NCBI RefSeq assembly: GCF_035285525.1
Contig: NZ_JAYKGW010000031.1
Location: 7,598-39,597 of the forward strand
Length of the DNA stretch: 32,000 nt
Direction: 5' to 3'
From: Okeania sp.
GTDB lineage: Bacteria; Cyanobacteriota; Cyanobacteriia; Cyanobacteriales; Microcoleaceae
Shown here one piece after another: positions 1 through 8,579 of the stretch (position 1 is the first letter of the stretch; each line of letters opens with the position of its first letter). The notes beneath the pieces were generated by a model. The model worked only from the letters and a program-made list of their open reading frames with translations. It was not told where the DNA came from and did not search any database. A program made the position numbers and the translations under genes.

Positions 1-145
1 CCAATAGTGAGAAAATTGTGCTTAGGGATGGAGATGTTTTAGAAGTTGCATAAGTGTTACCAGGGTCGGAATTACCTGTTGTTGAGGTGTGGGCACCGGA
101 ATTTTAAGATAGCGATCGCCAATTTCAGTTATCAGTTAATCAAGC

Positions 146-197
146 GTAGGTTGGGTTGTTCGCGCACTTCGTTGCGAAGCATGGAACGAAACCTAAC
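146..197. repeat. Dispersed palindromic element (GTAGGTTGGGTT...AACCTAAC type)
   Basis: The arms gtaggttgggtt / aacgaaacctaac form an imperfect inverted repeat. A shorter relative, taggttgggttgaggaacgaaacccaaccta, lies at 25405-25435. Confidence 0.5.
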
Positions 198-248
198 AAT
201 AGGGTTTACTTAAAAAAGCAGAGTGCGGGAAGAGGAGTAAGAGTTGGT

Positions 249-349
249 GATCGCCTATTTCCCTCAAATAAAATTGATGGGAAATTATCTAATTTCAACT
301 ATTCTTTAAAGATGATTTTTCCATGTCTGATATTATTTGCCAACTCCTT
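249..349. repeat. About 100-bp direct repeat, copy A (partner at 1872-1972)
   Basis: By eye, gatcgcctattt...aactattctttaaagatgattttt...atattatttgccaactcc aligns at roughly 75 percent identity with 1872-1972 in the same orientation. The track ORFs 156..428 and 1854..2048 share DRLF..NFNYS.KMIF..LILFANS only because they read through this repeat. Confidence 0.6.
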
Positions 350-432
350 GATAATACCCCTAAATACCTCTGATAAAGGCGGACTTTTAACACTCACAAA
401 AAGCACTCTTCTGATGGCTGACTGCTGAATGC

Positions 433-1006
433 TTAAATACCAGAAACTTTTTGATAAATTAATTCAATTTCACAATTCAAATCTACACTAGCAAAATCAA
501 CTTTTTCTCCTCTTTTATAAGTTTGATAAATCCAAATTCCTTGTTCATTTTTCCGAAAACATTCTATACTCATCTCAGACTGATTAATTAATACATATTC
601 TTGTAAACTTGTAGCTGTTTGATAATCGGTAAATTTGCCTCCTCTATCAAATTTAGCTGTGCTGGGAGACAAAATTTCTATGATTAAAGACGGATAAAGA
701 ATAAAGTCTTCAGTTGAACTTAAATCTCGTTGATCACAAGTTACTACCACATCAGGATAATAATAACAATTAGCTTCTTCTAGTCGAACTTTCATATCAG
801 AAGGAAGTACAATACAGTCATTATCCAGAAGATGATTGCCTAATAATCTGACTAAGTTACTAGCAATAACAACATGGGGTAAAGAAACCCCTACTCTTGC
901 ATAAATTTGGCCTCGTCTATACTCATATTTAATCGGACTTTGTTGCTCTCTCTCCTGCTAAATAGTCTTCTGGAGAAACATAGAATTGATTTTGGTTAGC
1001 TATCAT
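433..1006 (-). pseudogene. Uma2-family (DUF820) putative PD-(D/E)XK endonuclease, frameshifted
   Basis: ORF 433..795 carries the Uma2 C-terminal signature (YYYPDVVVTCD, ILYPSLIIEILSPST, DRGGKFTDYQ, LQEYVLI). The expected N-terminus (MIANQNQFYVSPEDYLAGE..QQSPIKYEYRRGQIYA) starts at ATG 1006 in another frame. The two frames meet inside the (CT)4 run at 946-953. Confidence 0.8.
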
Positions 1007-1052
1007 TAAATTTTACTCTGCTATTTTTACTGTTATATTATATAATATTAGC

Positions 1053-1204
1053 GTAAGCATTCAGCTATTAGCTCAAGCGCAATAAAAATCAATGGCAAGC
1101 ACTCTTTTAAATTCTACTTTTTAACCATATATATGACGTTTAATATCTATATTTATGGACGTAAATTATAGATTTCCTTCAAAAGCTGATAGCTGAATGC
1201 TTAC
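1053..1204. mobile_element. MITE-like element with GTAAGCATTCAGC-type terminal inverted repeats
   Basis: The left end gtaagcattcagctattagct and the right end agctgatagctgaatgcttac are inverted. The element is non-coding. Related copies lie at 2028-2191, 5079-5444 and 27558-27765. Confidence 0.65.
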
Positions 1205-1282
1205 ATATTAGCTATAGTTTAATCAAAAACAATTGACAATTAGAGATAGTTTTCATTATTCATTATTCATTATCCATTAATT

Positions 1283-1853
1283 ATGATTGCAATTAAAAAT
1301 TCTCAATATATTACTGCCCAAGAATATTTGAAATGGGAGGAAAAACAACCGATTAAACATGAATATATTGACGGTGAAGTTATAGCGATGACTGGGGAGA
1401 CTATTCCCCACAGTGAGATTATTGCTAATCTGACAACAGCATTAAAAAATCATTTGCGCGGGAAAGGTTGTAAAGTCTTAGTAGCAGATGCAAAGGTGGA
1501 AATATCTGAACAAGGACAATTTTTTTTATCCTGATGTCATGGTTAGTTGTGATGAACGAGATAAAAAGGCAAGAAAAACGATTCAATATCCTTGTTTAAT
1601 TATTGAGGTTTTATCTCCAGGAACAGAATCTTTTGACAGAGGAAAAAAGTTTCAAAATTATCGTCGCATTTCTACTTTGAAAGAATATGTTTTGGTGAGT
1701 GCTAATGAAATAATGATTGAATGTTTTCGGTTGAATGAAAAGGGAGTTTGGGAGTTTTATTCCTATCATGAAGGGGATAATATTGAGTTGAAAAGTGTTA
1801 ATTTTAGTTGTCCTCTAGATTTAATTTATGAGGATGTGTTTTTAGGGGAATAA
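1283..1853 (+). pseudogene. Uma2-family (DUF820) putative endonuclease, frameshifted in a T8 run
   Basis: ORF 1283..1534 (QEYLKWEEKQPIKHEYIDGEVIAMTGE) and ORF 1488..1853 (FFYPDVMVSCD, YPCLIIEVLSPGT, DRGKKFQNYRR, LKEYVLV) are the two halves of one Uma2 protein. Deleting one T from the T8 run at 1520-1527 fuses them as ..EQGQFFYPDV.. Confidence 0.85.
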
Positions 1854-1871
1854 TTGTCAGATAAAGTTAGC

Positions 1872-1972
1872 GATCGCCTATTTACATCTGAGAAAATTGA
1901 GTTAAAATTCGATGATTTTAACTATTCTTTCAAGATGATTTTTTCATCTTTAATATTATTTGCCAACTCCTT
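1872..1972. repeat. About 100-bp direct repeat, copy B (partner at 249-349)
   Basis: Same sequence family and same orientation as 249-349. Together the two copies bracket the divergent Uma2 pair. Confidence 0.6.
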
Positions 1973-2027
1973 TTATCAGATAGGAAAATTTGCTGAATAC
2001 ACCTTTTTTTGGCAGTTCTTTTGTTGT

Positions 2028-2191
2028 CAGCATTTAGCAGCCAGCTAATAGCTATCAGCTTCTGAAAAACATCTATAATTTCCGGCTATAAATTATATGG
2101 GTTAAAAGCTCAGATATATAGTTGAAAAGTAGAAGTTGAAAAAGCGCTTGACTTACTTCATTCATTAAAAAACTAAGAACTGACTGCTTAC
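2028..2191. mobile_element. Degenerate MITE copy of the GTAAGCATTCAGC family, opposite orientation to 1053-1204
   Basis: The internal part (ctataatttccggctataaattatatgggttaaaag...gaaaagtagaagttgaaaaagcgcttgac) matches the reverse complement of the inside of 1053-1204. The end arms are degraded (cagcatttagcagccagctaatagctatcagc ... ctgactgcttac). Confidence 0.5.
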
Positions 2192-2348
2192 CTTTTGTTT
2201 TTGTATCTATTAATTTTCTAATAGCTTCTGTTTTATCAATAAGTTCATTAATAACATTCTTTATTTCCTCTAGAGTTCCTGATCAAACTTCAATAGAATT
2301 TGCTAAATTTTGTGCTAGTAATTATTGGCTTTCTTCAGTAAGATTTTA

Positions 2349-2384
2349 GAGGTTTCAAACTTTAACCAAGATGTTTGAAACCTC
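2349..2384 (-). terminator. Perfect 12-bp stem-loop immediately 3' of the Rpn-like gene
   Basis: gaggtttcaaac (2349-2360) pairs perfectly with gtttgaaacctc (2373-2384) across a 12-nt loop, 9 nt after the stop codon. No clear U-run follows, so the terminator function is tentative. Confidence 0.4.
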
Positions 2385-2392
2385 AACTAAAT

Positions 2393-3307
2393 TTATAGAT
2401 TATCCAACCAAGTCAATAAATCATCTAAACTATTAAAATCAAAAAGTGCCTTAACTAAACTTTCTAAATTTTCACTCTTTAAATTAGAAAGGCGATCGCT
2501 AATCTCTTTATCAACCTCTCCAAAACGTTGATTAATTAAAGACATTACTATTTTTAATTCGCCTTCTACTCTTCCTTCAGCTCTACCTTCTTCTTTAGCA
2601 TAATTTATTTTCCCTCTTTCATCTTGCAACATCATTGCTCGTTTATCAAATTCCTCTAATTCTTGTCTACTATAATTAGCTCTATTTGCAATATTTAGAG
2701 CACTTTCAATTTCTGGTACTTCCTTTAAAGGTTCGGGAATTATATCCAAACCAGCAGTTTCTTTTAAAAAGAAAATCCACTTATCAATTAAACTCTCTAA
2801 TTCCTCTAATTTTTTCTGAAATTTTGGCAATTCCACAAATATTAATTGTAAATCATCCTCTATATAATCAACATTTTTTTTCTTATCTTTAAACACAAAT
2901 CTATTGATTGCTTCCGGAAGTTGAGCAATATCAAACATATTAAAATCAGTAATTGTCACAGCTATTACTGGATTTAGCAGAAAATAAAGTTCACCTTTTT
3001 CTAATTGATTAGCATAAGTTTTACACAAATTATAAGCCACCCGTTTCTCAAAGGCTTGCATCGGAGAAACTTGCATTTTAATAATTACTATTGAATTGTC
3101 AGATAATGTGGCTCGAATATCTAAATAAGTATCTTTTAAAGATTCTATTTTAGCCGGATTATAGGGATTATTAATTGTTAAAGATTGGATGATATTTTCA
3201 CCATTATAAATAATGGCATTCAGAAAACTGATAAGTATTTGTTGAGATTGATTAGAGCCGAATATTTTTTTAAAAGCATAATCAATTTTCGGGCTGATAA
3301 ATTTCAT
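2393..3307 (-). CDS. Rpn-family recombination-promoting nuclease / putative transposase (PD-(D/E)XK nuclease family)
   Basis: The N-terminus MKFISPKIDYAFKKIFGS, then DTYLDIRA, then IIKMQV and VAVTITDF, are the typical Rpn/YhgA-like signature. The C-terminal EGR.EG..E repeat region matches the usual DUF4351-like tail. 304 aa. Confidence 0.85.
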   Translation of the reverse strand: MKFISPKIDYAFKKIFGSNQSQQILISFLNAIIYNGENIIQSLTINNPYNPAKIESLKDTYLDIRATLSDNSIVIIKMQVSPMQAFEKRVAYNLCKTYANQLEKGELYFLLNPVIAVTITDFNMFDIAQLPEAINRFVFKDKKKNVDYIEDDLQLIFVELPKFQKKLEELESLIDKWIFFLKETAGLDIIPEPLKEVPEIESALNIANRANYSRQELEEFDKRAMMLQDERGKINYAKEEGRAEGRVEGELKIVMSLINQRFGEVDKEISDRLSNLKSENLESLVKALFDFNSLDDLLTWLDNL

Positions 3308-3533
3308 AATTGTTTAGCAAGAAGTAGATTTATAATCATTTATAGTAACATTATAACTGAAGATTTCAGGAAATAAAAATAAAGTCAAATCAGTGGGATT
3401 TTTCGGGAACCAACCGTGCATCTTTCTCCCATCAGGGCATCTCATCAAAATCGAATCTTCTATATATCAAATCTGGGTAATTACTATATATAACTTAAGC
3501 TATTAGCCAAGGATTTCAATCCTTGACAATTCT

Positions 3534-5033
3534 TCAATTACTTCTCTTTCTATTTAACTTATCCAACTTTTGTAAAAAATAATTTTCTCGATATCCACCC
3601 AATTGTCTGGATAATTCTAAACCTTTTTCAAAAGATGATAATGCTAAACCAAAAGCATTTAACTGTGCATAAACTTGCCCCATCCTATCATAAGTTTCCA
3701 TCATTCCATAAACATTAACAAGTTGTTGATCCATCAATAATTGCACTTTATAAATTTCAATTGCTGCCTCTTTTTTATCCTGAGAAAGATATAGTTTAGC
3801 TAAATTTTCTAAAGCATTACTAGCACTCAAAAACTGTTGAATAGATTGAGCAATACTATAAGCTTCTTGATAGTATTGACTAGCAAGATTAAGTTGACCA
3901 AGTTCCTCATAATCTCTAGCAATAGATATTTTTATCTCTGGAATTTGAGCAATATTTTGTTCGCCTTCATAAAAATCTATTAACCTTTCTTTAGCGACAA
4001 TTGCTTGTAAATACTTCCCTCCTTGACTATAAATAAAAGCTAATTGTCGGAGAGTATTTGCCTTTTCCAAATTACTATCTACAGTAGGATTTGTTATTTC
4101 TATTTCCGATATTTCCAAACTACTTTGCTGCTGAACTTCTAATAATTCTTCATAAGCGATCGCTGCATTATCATAATCCAACCAATTCAAATGTATTTGT
4201 CCTAAATCGGTTAAAGCTTTTTTTAGTGTCGTAATATCCTCTTTTTTTCTAGCTTCAACAATCAGTTGTTGATAAACATTAATAGCTTGTTCTTTAGCTC
4301 GAACAGTATTAAATGCCGAACCTAATGCTTGTAATAATTCCAAATTTGGAGGTTCTTCTTCTTGAATTTCTGGTTGGAGAATATCCAGTCTTTTTGTAAT
4401 CCATTGAATCTGCAATTTTTGATTATTATTCCATGCTATTTGAGCAACTCTTGATAGAGCTACTAATTCTTCTGTTTTACCAAGATAACGACGCAAACGT
4501 AATTCTCTATTCCAAGTTGCAAAAGCTTTAATTGTTTCTCCTGCTGCTAATAATGTTGCTGCTTCAAAATTAAGTCTATCAAGTTCCTGAGAAAGTTCTT
4601 CTCGTCTTTCTCCAGTTAAAATTCCTGTCGTCGGGGGGTTTGGTAATAATGGGTCTGGTTCAGTGCTTTCTAGGGGATTAGGAGAAAATATATCTGGAGC
4701 TTGTAATTCTTCCTCTGTTTCTATTTCACTCTCAGTTTCTGTTTTATTCTCAGTTTCTGTTTTACTCTCAGTTTCTGTTTTATTCTCAGTTTCTGTTTTA
4801 TTCTCAGTTTCTGTTTTATTCTCAGTTTCTGTTTTATTCTCAGTTTCTATTTTACTGTCAGTTTCTGTTTCACTGTCTGTTTCTGTTTTACTTTTTTGAG
4901 CAATAATATTTATAGTTGTTTTTCTGAGAGTAAACTGAGAAAATTTAGGAGTTTCTGCTAAACAATAAGTTGAAAGATAGAGGTAAAAAAAACTGCTAGT
5001 GCTAGTTAGGAGTAAATTTTTAATTTTTAGCAT
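3534..5033 (-). CDS. Secreted TPR-repeat protein with an acidic (ETENKT)n tandem-repeat linker
   Basis: It has a hydrophobic N-terminal signal-like segment (LLLTSTSSFFYLYLSTYCLA). A run of about 60 aa of T/E/N/K hexapeptide repeats follows. The C-terminal roughly 330 aa contain many TPR-like A/Y/L helix pairs (e.g. NAAIAYEELLEV, LASQYYQEAYSIAQ, MGQVYAQLNAFGLALSSFEKGLEL). Confidence 0.75.
   Translation of the reverse strand: MLKIKNLLLTSTSSFFYLYLSTYCLAETPKFSQFTLRKTTINIIAQKSKTETDSETETDSKIETENKTETENKTETENKTETENKTETESKTETENKTETESEIETEEELQAPDIFSPNPLESTEPDPLLPNPPTTGILTGERREELSQELDRLNFEAATLLAAGETIKAFATWNRELRLRRYLGKTEELVALSRVAQIAWNNNQKLQIQWITKRLDILQPEIQEEEPPNLELLQALGSAFNTVRAKEQAINVYQQLIVEARKKEDITTLKKALTDLGQIHLNWLDYDNAAIAYEELLEVQQQSSLEISEIEITNPTVDSNLEKANTLRQLAFIYSQGGKYLQAIVAKERLIDFYEGEQNIAQIPEIKISIARDYEELGQLNLASQYYQEAYSIAQSIQQFLSASNALENLAKLYLSQDKKEAAIEIYKVQLLMDQQLVNVYGMMETYDRMGQVYAQLNAFGLALSSFEKGLELSRQLGGYRENYFLQKLDKLNRKRSN
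4713..4892. repeat. In-frame 18-bp tandem repeat, about 10 units, inside the TPR gene
   Basis: Units of ctcagtttctgttttatt and near variants start at 4713, 4731, 4749 and so on to 4875. They encode the (K/E)TE(N/S)(K/E)T repeats. Antisense ORF 4663..4899 is an artefact of this repeat. Confidence 0.9.
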
Positions 5034-5078
5034 TTTTACTAATATTTTAATAGTTCAAGATTAACAATTAATTATAAT

Positions 5079-5444
5079 GTAAGCATTCAGCTATTAGCCA
5101 TCAGCTATCAGCTAAATGCTTAGATTTAACGTAAGCATTCAGCTATTAGCTTTCAGTTATCAGCAAGAAAGACCTCAATTTTCAGGAGGAAATTTAAACG
5201 AATATAGGCTTAAAAGCTGAATTTTGTAGTCAGAAAAACTTCTGATTTATCGGGAACCGTATCATAAAGCTTTTATCTCAAACTATAGCGCTGCACGCAG
5301 GGAACAGGTATGGAGGGAACACTTAACTGGGAGAATAAATTGCCTATAATATAAAGATTTGAGCTGCTTGGGCACCTCCTGCAATTTGTAAATATTAAGT
5401 GCGCACATTGCTATAAAAGCAATAGCTGACTGCTGAATGCTTAC
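5079..5444. mobile_element. Composite or nested copies of the GTAAGCATTCAGC MITE family
   Basis: A minimal arm-only palindrome lies at 5079-5123 (gtaagcattcagctattagcc...gctaaatgcttag). A second left arm starts at 5131 and the matching right arm agctgactgctgaatgcttac ends at 5444. The interior contains other dispersed motifs (5244-5263 and 5298-5322). Confidence 0.55.
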
Positions 5445-5447
5445 GAT

Positions 5448-5783
5448 TTAACATACAGCAAAATCAGTATATTCTCTCATATAAGGCGCATGATCAGCCA
5501 AAACAATATTTTTTGGAGATACACCACGTTCAACTAAAATATTAGCAATACCAACTTCCGTACCATCATTTTGAATCCAAATCTTGTCATTTATCAAGTC
5601 AATATGAATAGTCGAACCATAAATACGACGATGTTTATTCCATCCTGTATGAACAAGTTGGTAACGGTCTCTTTCCGTATCAAAAATTAATTCTGATTCT
5701 ACCTCACCATAAGCTGGTTTATGACTGCTATATTCAGTCAGAATTTCTTTGATAATTTGTCTATATTCGTCTAGTTTTTCCAT
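5448..5783 (-). CDS. xisI: XisI (fdxN-element excision controlling factor family)
   Basis: 111 aa. The segments MEKLDEYRQIIKEILTEY, ELIFDTERDRYQLVHTGW, IHIDLINDKIWIQNDGTE and IVLADHAPYMREYTDFA are the characteristic XisI pattern. The gene sits directly downstream of xisH. Confidence 0.9.
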   Translation of the reverse strand: MEKLDEYRQIIKEILTEYSSHKPAYGEVESELIFDTERDRYQLVHTGWNKHRRIYGSTIHIDLINDKIWIQNDGTEVGIANILVERGVSPKNIVLADHAPYMREYTDFAVC

Positions 5784-5833
5784 TGGATAATTTCCTCATT
5801 TATTGGCTCAAATATAATCAATTTTAACTGATA

Positions 5834-6187
5834 TTATTGAATAATAAGTTGCACAAAACGACGAGCAAAAAAGGTCTCATAAACTGCAAGAGGGATAGCT
5901 AGGTACAGTGTTCGTCCTGGCTCTTCTGTCTGAAGGGCAAAACGATAGTTAAGGAATTGTCCCAAAACTGTGTGAAATTCTGAAACTGCCGAAGGTTTGA
6001 GAAAGGTTTTAATTTCAACCGCTATTTTTTTTCCATCTTTTTCTGCTGCTAAAAGTTTTTCTGCTGCCAAGTCAATATAAATTTCAACTTCAGCAAAATT
6101 AATGTAGAGAGGGTCGTGGGTAATGTTCCAACCCTCCTTTTGTAAAGCAGATTTTACTACATCATGGAATCTATCCTTGGCTGCCAT
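5834..6187 (-). CDS. xisH: XisH (fdxN-element excision controlling factor family, endonuclease-like)
   Basis: 117 aa. The segments MAAKDRFHDVVKSALQKEGWNITHDPLY, IDLAAEKLLAAEKDGKKIAVEIK, FHTVLGQFLNYRFAL and LYLAIP are the characteristic XisH pattern. The xisH-xisI order and 50-bp spacing are typical. Confidence 0.9.
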   Translation of the reverse strand: MAAKDRFHDVVKSALQKEGWNITHDPLYINFAEVEIYIDLAAEKLLAAEKDGKKIAVEIKTFLKPSAVSEFHTVLGQFLNYRFALQTEEPGRTLYLAIPLAVYETFFARRFVQLIIQ

Positions 6188-6275
6188 AATATTTTTCTAT
6201 GTATGATAAAAAGGGCTGATTTTTGGAATTTTAGTTGATTTATTTAACAGAAAAATTCTCTTCTTTTTATATGAA

Positions 6276-6999
6276 TTATTTCTTGGGATATTGATGATAT
6301 ATTTGATATTCACTAACAATAAATTCCTGACCAGATTTAAGAATCTTTGTTTGAGCTTCATTAGACATCTCCAAAAATAAAAAATTAAATCAATTCTTAT
6401 CCATAAATTATCAATTATTTCTTCCTGTTCCCACATATCTAGTGTTCCCTGTTCCCTCATTTGGAGGAGATGTCTATTGAAACCAACATTATTATAAAAT
6501 TTTCTGGCTTTATAATTATCTTTGGCTACAATTAATGATACTAAATCTACTCCATTATTAATTGCTTGATTACAGGCTTGTTTTACTATCCGAGTTCCAT
6601 ATCCTTTTCCTCTTTCTTCAGGAATGACATATAAATAACAGCACAATGCCCATGTTTTACCAACATAAAGTTTATTCCATTCATTATCATCATCCTGTAG
6701 ATTTTTAGCTATAATTGTTTCTATATGACCAATAGAAATTTGATTAACATAGGCAACATAAATAGTCTGTTTTAAAAGTTGTCTTCCTCTTTGATTTTTT
6801 AAGTAAGTTTCGTGATTATTCCAATGCCATTTATGAGCGATCGCTTCAGCAGTAATTGTGGTCTGCCTAAATCTCCTCTATCAATAAGTTGTAAAATTTC
6901 CTCCCTTTCTGAATTAAGCCATTCTGCAAAAAGTTGAGCGTTTTTTCTTCTTTCAAATCACCATATTTTCGGTATGCAAAATGTTTGATCTTCAATCAT
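6276..6999 (-). pseudogene. GNAT-family N-acetyltransferase, disrupted by a MITE insertion plus upstream lesions
   Basis: Acetyl-CoA motif A is present (YVIPEERGKGYGTRIV), followed by LIVAKDNYKARKFYNNVGF. The frame then runs into the inverted-repeat element at 6363-6475. Removing the element and one copy of its 3-bp duplication restores ..FYNNVGFNEAQTKILKSGQEFIVSEYQIYHQYPKK-stop (stop at 6276-6278). If the gene began at ATG 6999, it also has an in-frame TGA at 6958-6960 and a frameshift near 6855-6880. The true start is uncertain. Confidence 0.75.
6363..6475. mobile_element. MITE with AGACATCTCC terminal inverted repeats and a 3-bp target duplication (ATT)
   Basis: The 113-bp element runs from agacatctcc to ggaggagatgtct. 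It is flanked by att (6360-6362) and att (6476-6478). A second full copy at 29673-29760 is flanked by aat/aat. A one-ended partial copy lies at 28136-28198. Confidence 0.8.
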
Positions 7000-7182
7000 T
7001 GTCAAATCTCCCCACACTTCCCATACTTCCCAAACTCTTTCAGGACTTACCCAAAGGCATTATTATAGAGTTTAAAAAGTATAACGTTATAGTTTTTAAC
7101 GCTAAATGTGTGGTATTTGCCTAAGCCCTATCTTTTTACACCGATACTACCGAATTTGATATAACCCTTCTACCTTCTTCCG

Positions 7183-8229
7183 CTATCTCAAGTTTAATTT
7201 TTTTTGCATCTGTTTGACAGATTGATAAATTTCTGGTAAACGTTTATAAATAGCAGAAGCTTTCAAATAAATCTTATTAGGAACTGCCGGACTACTAGAA
7301 ACAATTTCTCCCGCAGCAATATCATTATGAACACCCGCTTGAGCAGTAGCGATCGCTCCATTTCCGATTTTTGCCTGGTTCGCAACTCCTACTTGACCTG
7401 CTAAAATCACATTATCCCCAAGTTTCACGCCACCAGCTAAACCAACTTGAGCTGCCAAAGCACAATTTTTCCCAATTTTACAACCATGACCGATCTGTAC
7501 TAAATTATCTAACTTAGTATTCTGACCTATTCTAGTTTCTCCCACCGCAGGTCTGTCAACGGTAGTGTTACTTCCAACTTCCACCCCATCTTCTAATACA
7601 ACTTTGCCAGACTGTTCCATCTTCAACCAACCCTTGGCAGTCGGAACAAAACCAAAACCTTCTCCTCCAATAACTGCTCCACTATGGATGACACAACCTT
7701 TACCGATCTGACTCCTTTCGTGAATCGAGCAGTTAGCGTGTAAAATCGTATTTTCTCCAATTTCCACATTTGGATAGATCGCTACATTCGGATAAATACA
7801 AACATTATCACCAATTTTTACCCCCGCTTCAATCACAACATGAGCGCCAAGATAAACATTTTTACCAACTTTTGCTGTCGGGTGAACTACAGAAGTAGGA
7901 TGAATTTCTGGAGTAGGTTGAAAAGGTTGATAAAAAATAGCGATCGCTTGAGCAAATAATAATCTAGGGTTTTTACTAGACAACCAACTTATACCACGTT
8001 CATTTGCCAAATTTTGTAGAGTTTCATCCATTGGCAAAATTAAAGCACTAGCTTTTGTCGTTTCTAGATAACTAGCAAATTTTGCTCCTTCAATATAACT
8101 GAGAGTACCTATTTCTGCTTCATCTATTGCAGCTATACTTTGAAGATCTGGATCGAGAGTATTTATTTTTTCCAGACTAGAAGCAACTATCTCAGAACCA
8201 AGTTTACTGGCAAGTTCACTAAATTTCAT
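7183..8229 (-). CDS. lpxD: UDP-3-O-acylglucosamine N-acyltransferase
   Basis: 348 aa. The N-terminal [11 protein letters not shown] domain is followed by a long left-handed beta-helix hexapeptide region ([35 protein letters not shown]...) and a [22 protein letters not shown] core typical of LpxD. Confidence 0.9.
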   Translation of the reverse strand: MKFSELASKLGSEIVASSLEKINTLDPDLQSIAAIDEAEIGTLSYIEGAKFASYLETTKASALILPMDETLQNLANERGISWLSSKNPRLLFAQAIAIFYQPFQPTPEIHPTSVVHPTAKVGKNVYLGAHVVIEAGVKIGDNVCIYPNVAIYPNVEIGENTILHANCSIHERSQIGKGCVIHSGAVIGGEGFGFVPTAKGWLKMEQSGKVVLEDGVEVGSNTTVDRPAVGETRIGQNTKLDNLVQIGHGCKIGKNCALAAQVGLAGGVKLGDNVILAGQVGVANQAKIGNGAIATAQAGVHNDIAAGEIVSSSPAVPNKIYLKASAIYKRLPEIYQSVKQMQKKLNLR

Positions 8230-8446
8230 AATTATAGAGCGCTACGCGCTAGGGAATAGGTATGGAGGGAACAGGGAACAGCAGAATATTTAAAGAGTTT
8301 TAGGATTTAGAAATTTCCGCGCCCTTTGCTTAAACTGCTATAGTCCCTGCTCCTCAGAAATACTTTTGGATTTCTACCATTTTTCCCAAAAAAAATCAAC
8401 CCACGTCTTGAGGAGTGTGGGAAGTGTGGGGAGAAATAATCATAAG

Positions 8447-8481
8447 CCTGTAGGGACGTTGCATGTAACGTCCCTACAGGG
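8447..8481. repeat. Palindromic hairpin repeat (CCTGTAGGGACGTT..AACGTCCCTACAGG)
   Basis: cctgtagggacgttgcatgtaacgtccctacaggg is a near-perfect inverted repeat. A second GC hairpin, gcgggcatcttgcccgc, lies at 8524-8540. Both sit in the lpxD / DUF1232 spacer. Track ORF 8366..8614 merely reads through them. Confidence 0.7.
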
Positions 8482-8579
8482 CTCTATTCAGATGTACAAG
8501 GTAAATAGTCAAAATCTTGTAGTGCGGGCATCTTGCCCGCGACGGGTGTACTTCACAGCCAGTAGAAAGCACTATCTCT

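Noticed and set aside
3-53. Possible 3' end of a plus-strand gene entering from the left edge (..NSEKIVLRDGDVLEVA-stop)
   Set aside because: Only 16 codons are visible, which is too short to support a call or a family.
156-428. Track ORFs 156..428 and 1854..2048 as paralogous small genes
   Set aside because: Their similarity comes from the 100-bp direct repeat. The first starts at a TTG inside a palindromic repeat, and the peptides are low-complexity (LILFANS..). There is no ribosome-binding context.
6197-6646. Track ORF 6197..6646 as an intact 149-aa gene
   Set aside because: Its C-terminal roughly 90 aa are a translation of the MITE and of out-of-frame GNAT sequence. Only the first roughly 57 aa are genuine GNAT sequence. 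It is treated as part of pseudogene 6276-6999.
7007-8434. Perfect 16-bp inverted repeats (tctccccacacttccc at 7007-7022, gggaagtgtggggaga at 8419-8434) flanking lpxD as ends of a mobile or invertible cassette
   Set aside because: The enclosed gene is a single essential housekeeping gene with native composition. The 16-mer belongs to a G/T-rich dispersed motif also seen in degenerate form at about 27800-27830. I see no target duplication or recombinase.
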